A DNA stretch of 64,000 bases from positions 3,069-67,068 of the forward strand of contig WGAM01000134.1 in the NCBI GenBank assembly GCA_015494795.1, read 5' to 3'. The notes beneath the pieces were generated by a model. That model saw only the letters and a program-made list of their open reading frames with translations. It made no database searches and was not told the origin of the DNA. The DNA comes from Campylobacterota bacterium (GTDB lineage Bacteria > Campylobacterota > Campylobacteria > Campylobacterales > Sulfurovaceae). How positions within the stretch are numbered: position 1 is the stretch's first letter; every line of letters begins with the position of its first letter. This document shows positions 48,409 to 61,747 of the stretch, one piece after another. The translations under genes were made by a program, and so were the position numbers.

Positions 48409-49731
48409 TTAACCTATATGTAGTAAATTAAACTGCACATACCAAATTAAAACAGATAAAATATAACCTAATAGTACTGTCCAAGCATATTTCATGTGAG
48501 AAGTAAAGGTATAAATTCCATGAAGTTTCCCCATAACTCCAACTCCAGCTGCTGAACCAAAAGAGATTAGACTTCCACCAACTCCAGCTGTCATTGTTAC
48601 TAACATCCACTGCTCTTGTATAGATATAGGATTAGAACCCATATTTGGGTCTGCCTTTAGTACAGCTGACATTACAGGTACATTATCAACAACAGCAGAT
48701 AGGAAACCTACTCCAATATTTACAGCAGTAGCTCCAAATTGGTTATATAAAGCAGTAAAATACTCTAAAAATCCTAAAAAGTGTAATCCTCCAACTGCTG
48801 CTAAAATTCCAAAGAAAAATAGAAGAGTATCATTTTCAACTTTTGCAATCCATGCAAAAACATTAACCCTTGTAGAGGAGCTACTACTCTCATTTAATCC
48901 ATATACATATAGTTTTAAAATTGCTAAACCAAACATCATTCCCCACATAGCTGGTAAATCTAGAACTTGATGTGAGATAATTGCCAAAATTATAGTTAAT
49001 GCAAATAGTCCAATAATTACCTTTCCACCTTTTTCTATTGTAGCTGGTTCTTCATTTACATTAAATGGTGGTGTTCCCTTTGGAATAAATCTACTTAATA
49101 GAAATGCAGTAAGTCCCCAACCTAAAAATGCTGAAGGGAATAGAAATAGAAACTCTGTAAAACTAGCTCGTCCATCAACCCAAACCATAAGAGTTGTAAT
49201 ATCTCCAAATGGACTCCAAGCCCCACCTGCATTAGCAGCTACAACAATATTTATTGCACTTGGAACTAAAAACTCTTTACTATCTCTATCTATTGTAATT
49301 AATACAGTTGACAATATAAGAGCAGTGGTTAAATTATCTGCAACAGGAGAGATAAAAAATGCTAAAAATCCTGTAACCCAAAATAGTTTTTTATAGCTGT
49401 AACCTTTCGATACAAGATTATATCTAAGAGTTGTAAATACTCCTCTATCAATCATAGCCTCAATATATGTCATAGCTACAAATAGAAAGAAGAAAATTCC
49501 AGAAATTTCAACAATAAGATGTTCAACCTCTTTCTCTAAAATCTTACTATCTAATCCATATATAGCAAAATAGAGACCAATTAACATAAATATTCCAGTT
49601 CCTGCTAAAAGAGCTGGTTTTGCTTTATTTATTCTATATTTATCCTCTGTAGCGATAAAGTAGTATCCTATAATAAAGAACGCTAAAGATACTAAGCCAA
49701 CCCATGTGGTTGCTAAATTTAAATCATGCAT
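48409..49731 (-). CDS. NhaD/ArsB-superfamily Na+/H+ antiporter-like membrane protein
   Basis: 440 aa with about 12 TM helices. Overall resemblance to NhaD-type antiporters. No diagnostic motif verified. Confidence 0.55.
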   Translation of the reverse strand: MHDLNLATTWVGLVSLAFFIIGYYFIATEDKYRINKAKPALLAGTGIFMLIGLYFAIYGLDSKILEKEVEHLIVEISGIFFFLFVAMTYIEAMIDRGVFTTLRYNLVSKGYSYKKLFWVTGFLAFFISPVADNLTTALILSTVLITIDRDSKEFLVPSAINIVVAANAGGAWSPFGDITTLMVWVDGRASFTEFLFLFPSAFLGWGLTAFLLSRFIPKGTPPFNVNEEPATIEKGGKVIIGLFALTIILAIISHQVLDLPAMWGMMFGLAILKLYVYGLNESSSSSTRVNVFAWIAKVENDTLLFFFGILAAVGGLHFLGFLEYFTALYNQFGATAVNIGVGFLSAVVDNVPVMSAVLKADPNMGSNPISIQEQWMLVTMTAGVGGSLISFGSAAGVGVMGKLHGIYTFTSHMKYAWTVLLGYILSVLIWYVQFNLLHIG

Positions 49732-49865
49732 AATCTACTCCATATAATTCTTAATTAATAGATATTATAGTAGAAATCAGTTATATTTCCTAAATATTAA
49801 ATGCGAGTATAATAAAAGAGAGAAATAGTCTCTTTTAGTAACACTTAAGAATTAAATAATAAAAT

Positions 49866-50435
49866 TCATTTTTTAAATTTATCTAACCACCAAAATATAG
49901 CAAATAGGAGTCCTGTTGTTTTAGCAATATCTTCATTATATATAAACTCTCTTACCTCATCTACTGGGATTTCAATAACCTCTATGAGTTCGCTATCAAC
50001 TCCACCACCACTTCCAACTCTCATTGCTTCATCAACTTCAACATAAAATATTGTCTGTTTAGAACCTGCAAATCCAACAGCACTATTTACTGCAGTTATC
50101 CTCTTAATAGAGTCAATATCTACTAAATATCCACACTCCTCCATAATCTCTTCACTAGCTATCTCTTTGATAGATAGCTCCTTATCAATAATTCCTGCAC
50201 ACATCTCAACAGTTAATCCATTACCATTTTTCATATATACAGCAGGTCTAAACTGTTTTACAAGTACAAAACTATTATGCTCTCTATGATATATTAAGAT
50301 AGCTACAGAGTCATGGGCTTTTACAACTTCCCATGTTTTAGCTACTCCATTCTGTTTATAGTTTACTAAACTAGCCTGAATAAACTTTGGCTCTTTTAGT
50401 TCACTTAGTTTAAAATCTTCTATTATATTTTCCAC
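49866..50435 (-). CDS. NUDIX hydrolase (nucleoside diphosphate-sugar pyrophosphatase-like)
   Basis: 189 aa. Nudix-box-like GIIDKELSIKEIASEEIMEECGY. Confidence 0.7.
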   Translation of the reverse strand: MENIIEDFKLSELKEPKFIQASLVNYKQNGVAKTWEVVKAHDSVAILIYHREHNSFVLVKQFRPAVYMKNGNGLTVEMCAGIIDKELSIKEIASEEIMEECGYLVDIDSIKRITAVNSAVGFAGSKQTIFYVEVDEAMRVGSGGGVDSELIEVIEIPVDEVREFIYNEDIAKTTGLLFAIFWWLDKFKK

Positions 50436-50457
50436 TCTATTAACCCTATTTTATCTT

Positions 50458-51054
50458 CTATTTAATTAACTCTTTATATGCAAGTTCTAGCTGACTATCA
50501 AAAAGACCACCCACTTGAACTATCTTAACCTCTCCACTTCTATTAATCCCTAATAGAAAAGGTATAGAACCTTGCCAATCTGCTTTATATTGGATATATG
50601 ATATAAAATCCATATTAGCATTACCTGTTACAACATTATAATTAATATTTCTAAGTTCAACAAAATCTTTAAGTTCACTACTATTTAACCCTTGAACCTC
50701 AATTGCAACTATAGCTAAATCTTTATGTTTTTTTGAAAACTCTATTAATCGTGGTATCTCTCTTAGACATGGAGGACATCTATATCCAAACATCATTAAA
50801 AATATTGGTCTATCTTTAAACTCTTTAATCTCTAATCCATAAGGTATCTCTTTTATATTTAGAGTTTTCCCATCTATTGTCTCTAATGTAAATGTTATAT
50901 CTTCTCTCTTTTCAATAACCTTTTTAGAGCTATCTTTATTTTTAGAGATATTTTTATCTATAGATTTATTAGTTTCGTTGTTTTCACTACTCTTACTACC
51001 ACATCCAGATATTATAAATATCAATAAAAATATAATTAATTGTCGAATTAACAT
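50458..51054 (-). CDS. TlpA-family thiol:disulfide oxidoreductase lipoprotein
   Basis: 198 aa. Lipobox ISGCGS and a thioredoxin CPPC active site. Confidence 0.75.
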   Translation of the reverse strand: MLIRQLIIFLLIFIISGCGSKSSENNETNKSIDKNISKNKDSSKKVIEKREDITFTLETIDGKTLNIKEIPYGLEIKEFKDRPIFLMMFGYRCPPCLREIPRLIEFSKKHKDLAIVAIEVQGLNSSELKDFVELRNINYNVVTGNANMDFISYIQYKADWQGSIPFLLGINRSGEVKIVQVGGLFDSQLELAYKELIK

Positions 51055-51123
51055 TTTTTTCTCCTTTTTTTAATTAGAAAAGATTATATATTATTTTGTT
51101 AAAATAACACTTAAGGATTTAAA

Positions 51124-52218
51124 ATGGATATATATGAATATAGTGAATTACTAAAAAAACTTAGTATAAAAATAGAAAATATTGAAAATATTGTAAAACC
51201 AAATAGAATTAAAAGGCGACTAAAAGAGATAGAGTCAATTCAACAGAAGCCAGATTTTTGGAATAATACTAAAGAGGCATCTAAAATATCTCAAGAGAAG
51301 ATACAAAAAGAGAAACTTTTAGAAAAATATATAGAAGCCTACTCCTCAGTTCAAGATGCAATAGAGTTTTTTGAAATGGCAAAGAGCGAAAATGACCAAG
51401 AGTCATTAGAGATGATATTTGAAGATGCTAGTAGTTTAGAGGAGAGTATAAAAGCATTAGAGATTACTATGATGTTGAGTGGAGAGCATGATAGTAAGAA
51501 TGCAATTATCTCTATTCACCCTGGTGCTGGTGGAACAGAGTCTCAAGATTGGGCAAGTATGCTATATAGAATGTATCTTAGATGGGCAGAGAGAAGAGGT
51601 TTTAAGGTTGAAGAGTTAGATTATCAAGCAGGAGAAGAGGCAGGGATAAAAGATGTAAGTTTTATTATTAAAGGTGAAAATGCCTATGGCTACTTAAAAG
51701 TAGAAAATGGAATACATCGCTTAGTTCGTATCTCTCCATTTGATTCAAATGCTAAAAGACACACCTCATTCTCTTCTGTTATGGTCTCCCCAGAGATTGA
51801 TAATGATATAGATATTGAGATAGAAGATAAAGATATACGAATAGATACATATAGAGCTAGTGGAGCTGGTGGACAACATGTAAATAAGACAGATAGTGCT
51901 ATTAGAATTACCCATATTCCTACTAATATTGTAGTTCAGTGTCAGAATGATAGGAGTCAGCATAAAAATAGGGCTACTGCTATGAAGATGTTAAAATCAA
52001 GACTATTTGAGTATGAGCAGGAGAAGAGACAGGCTAAATTAGACGGAGTCCAAAAAAGTGATATTGGTTGGGGGCATCAAATTCGCTCTTATGTTCTAGC
52101 ACCATATCAGCAGGTAAAAGATAGTAGAAGTAATCAAGCATTCTCTAATGTTAGTTCTATTTTAGATGGAGATTTAGATAAATTAATAGAGGGTGTACTC
52201 ATCTCTCAAACATTATAA
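51124..52218 (+). CDS. prfB: peptide chain release factor 2 (single ORF, no programmed frameshift)
   Basis: 364 aa, continuous. Contains the SPF tripeptide (RISPFDS) and the GGQ motif (GAGGQHVNK). Confidence 0.95.
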   Translation: MDIYEYSELLKKLSIKIENIENIVKPNRIKRRLKEIESIQQKPDFWNNTKEASKISQEKIQKEKLLEKYIEAYSSVQDAIEFFEMAKSENDQESLEMIFEDASSLEESIKALEITMMLSGEHDSKNAIISIHPGAGGTESQDWASMLYRMYLRWAERRGFKVEELDYQAGEEAGIKDVSFIIKGENAYGYLKVENGIHRLVRISPFDSNAKRHTSFSSVMVSPEIDNDIDIEIEDKDIRIDTYRASGAGGQHVNKTDSAIRITHIPTNIVVQCQNDRSQHKNRATAMKMLKSRLFEYEQEKRQAKLDGVQKSDIGWGHQIRSYVLAPYQQVKDSRSNQAFSNVSSILDGDLDKLIEGVLISQTL

Positions 52219-52230
52219 TTTTAAATAGTA

Positions 52231-53610
52231 TTAAAAATTATAATTAATATCAGTAAATAGCATATCGCTATCTTTTACTTTATTAAAAAGTTTGCTACCA
52301 CCAATATAATCAACTAAACCAAAATTAGCATAAATTCCATCAGAAATATCATACTTAATCCAAGCTCTCTGAAATCCACCCTCATCTAGCTTTTTACCAA
52401 AGAGTGAGATAAGATAGTTTGCATGAAGAGTAGCATTGATAAAATCAGAGCTAATACGAAAAGCCTGTTGATAGGTATCCCTATTAACTGGAAGAGGATT
52501 ATTCTTTAATCTATTATCATATTTCTCTATTTTTCTAAGTGAAATATCATAAGAGATGAGTGTATCAGCAATACCATTATACTCTACACCTACCAAACTA
52601 TCAGTTCTATTAAAAGTTTTATCTTGAGCATATTTTAGACCATTAAAATGGGCTAATTCTGTTTTAAATAGCCATGAGCCACTAAGAACATTTAACGCTG
52701 TACCAAACATCTTTACTTTATCATGGTGTAATTTCCCATCTTTTAAATAGCCTTTATCATCTCGTAGATTACTTGCATAGAAATTAATATCCCACCCTGA
52801 AAACTCTGCTCCAATACTTAGAGCTGGTGTAATATCATTATAACTTTTATCATTTGGTAGAGAATTTGGTGAGGAATTATAGGTTGAACCTGCTGGTGGA
52901 TTTTTTGAAAATCTCTGCTCTATAATGGCAATAGGTGTAATTCGCCAATCTCCGATATAGTAGTCAAATTTTGCCATACCTACAGGGAGACGCAAATCTT
53001 CAATATCAACCATACCGGGGCGACGGTTATCAAGAGGATTTAGCACATCTGTAATACGAATAGTATCACTTCTTCCCCATACAACAACTTGACGACCTAG
53101 TTTTATATCTAACTTATCAGTTAAACTCCCCTCAATATAAGCATCATAAAGCTCTACTTCACTCTCTAATTCATCTAACTCATCTTTTGAGTATTTATCT
53201 CTTCCTCTAATGCTATATATAGCATCATAATAGGCTTTAGCATTTGTCTTTAGTTTAAAACCATTATTAAATTTATGCTCATAATCTAAAAATAGTGATG
53301 ATTTTAGAGAGGATAGATTATCATGAGGAGTCTTATCGCTATATGAGTATGTTGCTTGTTCAGTTAGTTTTCCTGTAAAGTCTTTGAATTTTGACTTTTT
53401 AGTAAAATTATTAAAAAGTTTAATCTCATTGACCGGTTCATTATCAAACCCCTCCATAATATCATCTTCTTTAGTAGCAGAGGGCTTCTTTGATGTTTGA
53501 GTTATTGTTGGCTCATCATCAAATCCCTTTAGGGCTTCATCTATACTTTCACTATAAACTAAACTTAAGCTTAAGATAGTTAATAGTAATACCCTATTAT
53601 AGGATAACAT
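52231..53610 (-). CDS. DUF1302-family outer-membrane beta-barrel protein
   Basis: 459 aa with a signal peptide. The hallmark IKLGRQVVVWGRSDTIRITDVLNPLD is present, and the C-terminus ends DINYNF. Confidence 0.7.
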   Translation of the reverse strand: MLSYNRVLLLTILSLSLVYSESIDEALKGFDDEPTITQTSKKPSATKEDDIMEGFDNEPVNEIKLFNNFTKKSKFKDFTGKLTEQATYSYSDKTPHDNLSSLKSSLFLDYEHKFNNGFKLKTNAKAYYDAIYSIRGRDKYSKDELDELESEVELYDAYIEGSLTDKLDIKLGRQVVVWGRSDTIRITDVLNPLDNRRPGMVDIEDLRLPVGMAKFDYYIGDWRITPIAIIEQRFSKNPPAGSTYNSSPNSLPNDKSYNDITPALSIGAEFSGWDINFYASNLRDDKGYLKDGKLHHDKVKMFGTALNVLSGSWLFKTELAHFNGLKYAQDKTFNRTDSLVGVEYNGIADTLISYDISLRKIEKYDNRLKNNPLPVNRDTYQQAFRISSDFINATLHANYLISLFGKKLDEGGFQRAWIKYDISDGIYANFGLVDYIGGSKLFNKVKDSDMLFTDINYNF

Positions 53611-54410
53611 TAGAGTCCTTTTTCTAATCTTCTTGTAGTAAATATATTATCATCTATTGGTCTATTGAGCTTAATATTATTAAAGGTTAAAATAGTTTTA
53701 TGAACTGTTGTTTTACCCTTTTTAGTAGTCATAGTCATATTATCTACAAGCCAAATTCCACTCTCTTGGTGTATCTTTTTTAAATCAAGATACTTCTTTT
53801 TTCCATTAGTCATAAAGTTAATAGCACGAACTACCATATAATTATCTTTACGCACTATAGCAATAGTCTTTGTATAACCTGATTCATCAATTACCTCTTG
53901 ATTTCTAGGAGTTGCCTCTATCATCCATGCATCATGCCCTCTAACTTTAGTCTCTTTTAATAGTTTAAAGTCATAATCTTCTAAATCACGGTCTGTCATA
54001 TCAAAATATGAAAAATCTGAACCCATAAAGCTTGAACTCTTATCTGCTGATGGAATACGCTTTACCTTTTTGAGTGCAGGTAGATATAACCACTGGTCAT
54101 CATCTCTTGATGGGTCATCATAATCATAAGTTAAAAAAGCTGTATTTTTAACATCAGCTGGACTCTTAAAAAAGAGTATCTTATACTCATCTGCTCCAAA
54201 ATCTTTCTCATAAGATTTTAAATCTCGTTTTCTCTCATTTCCATTTTTATCAATAAGCACCATAAGCATATCTTGCTCTATAGTTTTTCCATCATCTCGT
54301 GCATCAACCTTCTCCATAATAGCTCTTGCTTTAACATCATCTGCCATAATACTATTAGTAAGTAGAGTTATCCCAAATCCCAATAAGAATAGTAGTTTTC
54401 TTCCATTCAT
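53610..54410 (-). CDS. LolA-like outer-membrane lipoprotein-sorting family protein
   Basis: 266 aa with a signal peptide. The N-terminal ARAIMEKVDARDDGKT...M.L.D..G..R.R pattern is typical of this family. It overlaps the DUF1302 gene by one nucleotide. Confidence 0.65.
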   Translation of the reverse strand: MNGRKLLFLLGFGITLLTNSIMADDVKARAIMEKVDARDDGKTIEQDMLMVLIDKNGNERKRDLKSYEKDFGADEYKILFFKSPADVKNTAFLTYDYDDPSRDDDQWLYLPALKKVKRIPSADKSSSFMGSDFSYFDMTDRDLEDYDFKLLKETKVRGHDAWMIEATPRNQEVIDESGYTKTIAIVRKDNYMVVRAINFMTNGKKKYLDLKKIHQESGIWLVDNMTMTTKKGKTTVHKTILTFNNIKLNRPIDDNIFTTRRLEKGL

Positions 54411-54423
54411 TTAAATCCTTTTA

Positions 54424-55212
54424 TTATATTTGATGCCAAAATGGAGTTCCAACAGTAGGTGTTGAGGGAGATGCCATATCTCTCTTCTCCATAGCTCCAG
54501 CTTCAAATCCTAATCTTCCTGCAATTATAGCATATTTAAAGGCTTCTGCCATTTTTATAGGCTCTTGTGCTAAGGCTACTGCCGAATTTAATAAAACTCC
54601 ATCAAATCCAAGCTCCATAGCTCTAATAGCGTCTGATGGTTTTCCAATTCCTGCATCAACTATTAGATTTAAATTTGGAAACTGTTTTCTAATACTCTTT
54701 AGACTATATGGGTTCATAAGCCCTCTTCCACTTCCAATTGGAGAACCCCACGGCATTAGTGTAGTACAACCTAAATCTGCCAATTTTTGAGCTAAAACTA
54801 AATCATCTGTCATATATGGTAGAACTCTAAAACCCTCATCTATTAAAATCTTTGTAGCTTTAACTAACTCAAATGGGTCTGGTTGAAGATTATATTGATT
54901 TCCAATAACCTCTAATTTTACCCAATCGACTTCAAATATCTCTCTTGCCATCATAGCAGTAGTAACTGCCTCTTTTGCTGTATGACACCCTGCTGTATTT
55001 GGTAAGAGTGTTACACCCAACTCTCTAATAATATCCCAAAAGGCATTACCATCTTTTAGAGATGTGGCTGATTGTCTTCTAAGTGCTATAGTAACTATCT
55101 CTGAGCCTGAAGCCTTAATTGATTGTGCCATAATCTCTGGTGATGGATATAGAGCAGAACCTATCATTAAACGACTATCAAACTCTCTACCCTCTATTTT
55201 CCACTTTTTCAT
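54424..55212 (-). CDS. thiG: thiazole synthase
   Basis: 262 aa. Typical ThiG sequence, including [14 protein letters not shown] and [10 protein letters not shown]. Confidence 0.95.
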   Translation of the reverse strand: MKKWKIEGREFDSRLMIGSALYPSPEIMAQSIKASGSEIVTIALRRQSATSLKDGNAFWDIIRELGVTLLPNTAGCHTAKEAVTTAMMAREIFEVDWVKLEVIGNQYNLQPDPFELVKATKILIDEGFRVLPYMTDDLVLAQKLADLGCTTLMPWGSPIGSGRGLMNPYSLKSIRKQFPNLNLIVDAGIGKPSDAIRAMELGFDGVLLNSAVALAQEPIKMAEAFKYAIIAGRLGFEAGAMEKRDMASPSTPTVGTPFWHQI

Positions 55213-55213
55213 A

Positions 55214-55414
55214 TTATCCCCCCTCTATTGGTGAGAGAATATCTAATCTATCACCATCTTTTACTACTGTATTGCTATATTTTGTCTTTATAATAAATGT
55301 CTCATTTAGAGCAACTGCTATACCTCTTTTATACTCTAATATCTTTAAAATCTTATCTATAGTTAGAGACTCTTGGCTAAACTCTTTTATCTCTCCATTT
55401 ACTGATATTTTCAT
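55214..55414 (-). CDS. thiS: sulfur-carrier protein ThiS
   Basis: 66 aa ending in GG, between thiO and thiG. Confidence 0.85.
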   Translation of the reverse strand: MKISVNGEIKEFSQESLTIDKILKILEYKRGIAVALNETFIIKTKYSNTVVKDGDRLDILSPIEGG

Positions 55415-56508
55415 ACTCTTCTAATCCCCTCATTTAATGCTTTCTCTACAATAGCAGGAGCTAATAGATAACCGTGTCTATATAGTCCATTAATTCTAGT
55501 CAACCCTTTGGAGTTCTCTATTCGTGGTAGATTATCTCTAAAGGCAGGGCGACAATTTGTCTCACTATTTACAACTCTTGCCTCTCCAAAATTTGGGTGG
55601 ACTGTAAAGAGAGCAGATAGTAGCTCAAGGGTAGAACGGACAGATATATCACTCATATCTTCACTCTCTATCTCACTAGCTCCAATAATATATCGTTTAG
55701 CTCCAGCTGTTTGAGCTATTTTACAATCTTTACAATACTCTAACTCAATCCCCTCACACCCATTCTCTCTTGGCACAATATAGATTTTATATCTAGGGTG
55801 CATAAGTCTAGTTGGACGAGAGATATTTACATCTTTTGCCTCTACCCATATAACTTCACCTCTAACACCTCTTAAATCCTTAAAATACTCTTTTGCACCC
55901 AATCCTCTACTATCAAATACCCAATCAAACTCCTCTACCTCATCACCTATAAATACTCTATTCTCTTCTATCTTTTTAACAGTTGTATTCTCTCTCCATA
56001 TTATATTTGGTATTGAGTCAAGATAGGTAGTGGAGAAGGCTATAAATCTTTGAGAGTCAACTTGACCCTCTTTCTCTATATAGAATGAGTTATTATGGAT
56101 TGATAATTCAGGCTCTATCTCTGCTAATTTAGATGAGTCCATAAACTCTATCTCATTAGCTTCTGGTATCTTTCTTTTTAGTGTAGTAATAAAGTGTTTA
56201 AGCTCTGGAACATCTTGTGTATGGGCTGTAATAACTGTTCCTCTCTTTTGAAATCCATCAAATAGTCCAATCTCTCTTAAGAGAGGTCTCCATAACTCTA
56301 TTGAGCGTTTCCCATACTCAAATATGATAGATTCTGCTGTCTCTAATTCAGCAAATGGGGCTAACATTCCAGCAGCTGTAAAACCTGCTGAAGTTATACC
56401 CTCTTTTGTATCTTTATCAAATAGAGTTATATTATGCCCTCCATCTTTTAATAGATTTAGAGCTATTACTCTACCAACTAGACCACTTCCCACAATTGCG
56501 ATATTCAT
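55411..56508 (-). CDS. thiO: FAD-dependent glycine oxidase ThiO
   Basis: 365 aa. Dinucleotide-binding IAIVGSGLVGR and C-terminal HGYLLAPA. Assigned also by position in the thi operon. Confidence 0.75.
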   Translation of the reverse strand: MNIAIVGSGLVGRVIALNLLKDGGHNITLFDKDTKEGITSAGFTAAGMLAPFAELETAESIIFEYGKRSIELWRPLLREIGLFDGFQKRGTVITAHTQDVPELKHFITTLKRKIPEANEIEFMDSSKLAEIEPELSIHNNSFYIEKEGQVDSQRFIAFSTTYLDSIPNIIWRENTTVKKIEENRVFIGDEVEEFDWVFDSRGLGAKEYFKDLRGVRGEVIWVEAKDVNISRPTRLMHPRYKIYIVPRENGCEGIELEYCKDCKIAQTAGAKRYIIGASEIESEDMSDISVRSTLELLSALFTVHPNFGEARVVNSETNCRPAFRDNLPRIENSKGLTRINGLYRHGYLLAPAIVEKALNEGIRRV

Positions 56509-56512
56509 TATA

Positions 56513-58405
<1,893 letters not shown>

Positions 58406-58448
58406 TTAATAAAAAGGAACAGATAGTAGATAAAAAATTTAAATACAA

Positions 58449-58530
58449 TCTCTTCCTTACGCTAGAATTATCTAGTTCAAGTTCTACGGAATTAGCAATA
58501 TGCTATCTCAGCCAATATGGCACTCCGAGA
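58449..58530 (-). promoter_or_regulatory. TPP (THI-box) riboswitch in the thiC leader
   Basis: The minus strand reads UCUCGGAGUGCC...GGCUGAGA...GAACUUGAACUAGAUAAUUCUAGCGUAAGGAAGAGA. This matches the conserved GGGGUGC / CUGAGA / ACCUGAUCUGGAUAAUGCCAGCG-like elements. Downstream, UUCCUUUUU (rc of 58411-58419) can pair with the thiC Shine-Dalgarno GAGGAA (rc of 58394-58399). Confidence 0.85.
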
Positions 58531-58582
58531 GATGAATTAAATTTATATCTTATATATTATAAGATGGAGCTTATTTCTCTTT

Positions 58583-59497
58583 TTAATCTTTAAATATTTT
58601 TAAAATCACTGTATCACAATTCCAACTATTTTTTAAGTCATTTTTATAAGCCTCTATTGTCTCTTTAGAAAATATATCAAATCTCCCTTGTCCTCCAGCT
58701 TTCCCATCCATTAACCAAGTTATATGGTTAGATAAATCATATCTCTGCTCTGGAATTAACTCATATCTATAGCCTAACCTATCTAAGATATATTTTAGTG
58801 ATTTTGGATTATAGTAGTAGTGGTGTGCAATTGACCAATAAAACTTCTCAAAAGATGGAATATTATATAGAGATGTTAATATATCTGTTGATGATGGAAT
58901 TTCAGCTACAATAACTCCACCTCTATTTAAAAGATTATATGTCTCTTCTAAAAACTTAAAAGGGTTAGCTATATGCTCAAATACAAAAAAGTGAACAATA
59001 ATATCAAATTTTAAATTTTCACTCTCTTGTAACTCATCTAAACTCTCATAGGCTATATGTCCATTCTGTTTTAAAAAATCTAAAAATTCTCCTGATGGCT
59101 CAACTCCATAGCACTTAAGCCCATTATCTCTAAAAGCATTCATCATAAAACCAGAAGAACAACCTATCTCTAATATACTCTTACTCTTTTTTAAATGCTC
59201 TTTTAGAAAGCTCCATCTTCTCTTAACTTGGTCTTGATTTGATACTATATGGCTCTTAGCACTACTCCAATCTCTATGGTCACCAACTCTCTTTGCCATA
59301 AATTTTTCAAACTCTTTTTTATAAAATCTCTGCTCTTCCTCTTTTGATAGATATGGATATAGATATATCACACCACAATTATCACACTCCCAAAAGTTAT
59401 GCTCCTCTCTTCCTCCAAAAACATGCTCTGCTCTTAGGCTCTGTCTCTCTATACTATTACAAATTCTACACTTAGGCACTACATCTCCTCTATCCAA
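58583..59497 (-). CDS. class I SAM-dependent methyltransferase with N-terminal Cys4 zinc ribbon
   Basis: 304 aa. CRIC...CDNC, then the SAM motif ILEIGCSSG. Confidence 0.75.
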   Translation of the reverse strand: MDRGDVVPKCRICNSIERQSLRAEHVFGGREEHNFWECDNCGVIYLYPYLSKEEEQRFYKKEFEKFMAKRVGDHRDWSSAKSHIVSNQDQVKRRWSFLKEHLKKSKSILEIGCSSGFMMNAFRDNGLKCYGVEPSGEFLDFLKQNGHIAYESLDELQESENLKFDIIVHFFVFEHIANPFKFLEETYNLLNRGGVIVAEIPSSTDILTSLYNIPSFEKFYWSIAHHYYYNPKSLKYILDRLGYRYELIPEQRYDLSNHITWLMDGKAGGQGRFDIFSKETIEAYKNDLKNSWNCDTVILKIFKD

Positions 59498-60408
59498 TCT
59501 ATCATCTTTTTTAGTCCAACACTAAAAGGAGTTAACTCTCTTTTATATATAGATTTTAGTTTAGAGTTATCTGCATATATTCCAAACTGGTCACCTTTAG
59601 TCCCATAAGTTACAATAATCTCTTTTTTACTATCTGTATATAGTTTTATTAAATCTAATATCTCTCTTACAGTAGTTTTAACTCCTGTTCCAATATTTAT
59701 AATTTGATTATAAAATCTACTATCATGAGCTGAAGTGATTGTAATATCTACAACATCATCAATATATATTAAATCTCTAAATCTATCTAAACTCCCTTTT
59801 ACTTCAACACTCTTAAAACTACTATCAAAAAACTGTTTTAGATATATACTTACCATTCCCTGCTTTAGGTTCTCTAAATTCTGTCCAACTCCATATACAT
59901 TAAAATATCTAAGTGATACAAAATCTATTCCAAACTCTTTAGAGAATATATCCATATACTTCTCACTTGCTAATTTTCCAACAGCATAGAATGATTTTGG
60001 ATTTGTAGCATCATATTCACTAAACTGCTCTTTATCTCCATCTTCTCCATAGATTGACATTGTAGAAGCATATATAAACTTTTTACAGCCTGTCTTAACA
60101 GAATATTGAAGTAGTTTTAGAGTTGAGAGTGTATTGGTATTTAAATCATACTCTGGCTCTTCAAAACTAATCTCTCCTGAACTCTGCCCTCCAATATGAA
60201 AAATAGCATCAAATTTTCTATTTTCTAACTTTTTAATAGTCTCATCTCTGCTAAAATCACCATTAATAAATATTGCTCTATTTGGAATATTATCTAAATA
60301 GCCTGTCTTAAGATTATCTATAATATAGACCTCATTGCCATCTTTTATAAGTTGTCTTGCAATAGCACTACCAATAAAACCTGCTCCACCTGTAACTAAA
60401 TATGTCAT
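59479..60408 (-). CDS. NAD-dependent nucleotide-sugar epimerase/dehydratase (extended SDR)
   Basis: 309 aa. Contains TGGAGFIGS and the catalytic YAVGK. Confidence 0.85.
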   Translation of the reverse strand: MTYLVTGGAGFIGSAIARQLIKDGNEVYIIDNLKTGYLDNIPNRAIFINGDFSRDETIKKLENRKFDAIFHIGGQSSGEISFEEPEYDLNTNTLSTLKLLQYSVKTGCKKFIYASTMSIYGEDGDKEQFSEYDATNPKSFYAVGKLASEKYMDIFSKEFGIDFVSLRYFNVYGVGQNLENLKQGMVSIYLKQFFDSSFKSVEVKGSLDRFRDLIYIDDVVDITITSAHDSRFYNQIINIGTGVKTTVREILDLIKLYTDSKKEIIVTYGTKGDQFGIYADNSKLKSIYKRELTPFSVGLKKMIDWIEEM

Positions 60409-60996
60409 CTACTTCCTTTTTCTAATTAATCTAGCAGGAATACCACCCATAATAGAGTAAGGCTCTACATCTTTAGTTACTACACTTCCTGCACCGATAA
60501 TAGAACTTCTTCCAATTCTTGTATCTGCTGTTATAACAGAGTTTGAAGCAATCCATATATCATCTTCTAAAATAATCTCTCCATAAGTGTGTCCCTGCTC
60601 TATAAATGGAATATCTGGATTGTCAAATCTATGATTTGATGCACGAAGAACAGAATTAGGAGCAATAGCACAATTATTACCTATAACTATTTTTCCAAAT
60701 GAAGCTCCAAGTTGAGAGTTTGTATTTATAGTAAAATTATCTCCAATAGTAAGCTCTCCATTATCATGAGCATATATATAACTATTTTTCATAATAGATA
60801 TATTATCTCCTAAAGAGATATTTTTAAATCCTAATATTGTAACACCACTATCTACTCTTAAATTTTTACCACATCTTTTAAATAGTGGTCTATATGCTAA
60901 TGCTCTTAATCTTACCCCTATTTCCGTTGGAATTGATGATAGAGTAGCAATATATATCTGAAATATAAGTTTAGATAGTTTATCTATAAATCTCAT
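60409..60996 (-). CDS. left-handed beta-helix (hexapeptide-repeat) acetyltransferase
   Basis: 195 aa with repeated (I/V/L)G hexapeptide pattern and a C-terminal [11 protein letters not shown]. Confidence 0.8.
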   Translation of the reverse strand: MRFIDKLSKLIFQIYIATLSSIPTEIGVRLRALAYRPLFKRCGKNLRVDSGVTILGFKNISLGDNISIMKNSYIYAHDNGELTIGDNFTINTNSQLGASFGKIVIGNNCAIAPNSVLRASNHRFDNPDIPFIEQGHTYGEIILEDDIWIASNSVITADTRIGRSSIIGAGSVVTKDVEPYSIMGGIPARLIRKRK

Positions 60997-61747
60997 ATAG
61001 TCTATCTTCTCTCATCATCTCTATAACAACTTTTAAATCTTCTGGTGTATCTACAGCTTTTGTCTTAAAATCTGTTGGTACCATTTTTACCTTTAATCCA
61101 TTTTCAATAATTCTCATCATATCAACTGACTCTATTATCTCTAATGGTGTTGGTTCCATTTGATTATACTCAAGGAGAAAATCTCTTCTAAAAGGTATAA
61201 CACAGACTTGCTTTTTCATAGGTACATCTAAAATTCCCTTTTTTCTACTAGGAATTGGCTCTCTACTAAAATAGATAGCATTACCCTCTAAATCTGTTAC
61301 AACTTTAACCTCATTTGGGTCTTCAAACTCTTCAGTAGTCTCTAAATCTGCCACTAAGTTTGTGATTTTAATATTTTTATCTTTTAATATAGGCTCTAAT
61401 GCCTCATCTATCATATCTGGATATGTTAAAGGCTCATCTCCTTGAACCATTACCATAATATCGACTTTAATATTTTCATCTTTTTCAATCTTTAACATAG
61501 CCTCTGCACATCTATCACTACATCTCTCATGACAATCGCTTGTCATAACAGCTTTTCCACCAATGGTGGTTATATAATCATATATCTCTCTATCACATGT
61601 TGCCACATATACCTCATCTAAAAGAGTACTCAATTTAACTCTCTTATATACATGTCCTATCATTGGCATACCTAAAATATCTGCCATTGGCTTATTTGGA
61701 AATCTGCTTGAGTTCATTCTTGCTGGAATTATTGATATGATTTTCAC
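60980..61747 (-). CDS. KdsB/NeuA-type cytidylyltransferase (CMP-ulosonic acid synthetase-like)
   Basis: 255 aa. N-terminal [15 protein letters not shown] motif of the CTP_transf_3 family. Confidence 0.8.
   Translation of the reverse strand: MKIISIIPARMNSSRFPNKPMADILGMPMIGHVYKRVKLSTLLDEVYVATCDREIYDYITTIGGKAVMTSDCHERCSDRCAEAMLKIEKDENIKVDIMVMVQGDEPLTYPDMIDEALEPILKDKNIKITNLVADLETTEEFEDPNEVKVVTDLEGNAIYFSREPIPSRKKGILDVPMKKQVCVIPFRRDFLLEYNQMEPTPLEIIESVDMMRIIENGLKVKMVPTDFKTKAVDTPEDLKVVIEMMREDRLYEIYR

Noticed and set aside
51124-52218. The programmed +1 frameshift site typical of prfB (CUU UGA C after an internal SD).
   Set aside because: The RF2 ORF is continuous from its ATG ([10 protein letters not shown]...) through the SPF and GGQ motifs, with no early in-frame UGA. 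This prfB is simply frameshift-free, as in several lineages.
58549-58563. The palindrome CTTATATATTATAAG as a terminator or operator between the methyltransferase gene and the thiC leader.
   Set aside because: It is a 6-bp all-A/T stem in AT-rich DNA and is expected by chance. It more probably belongs to the thiC promoter region.
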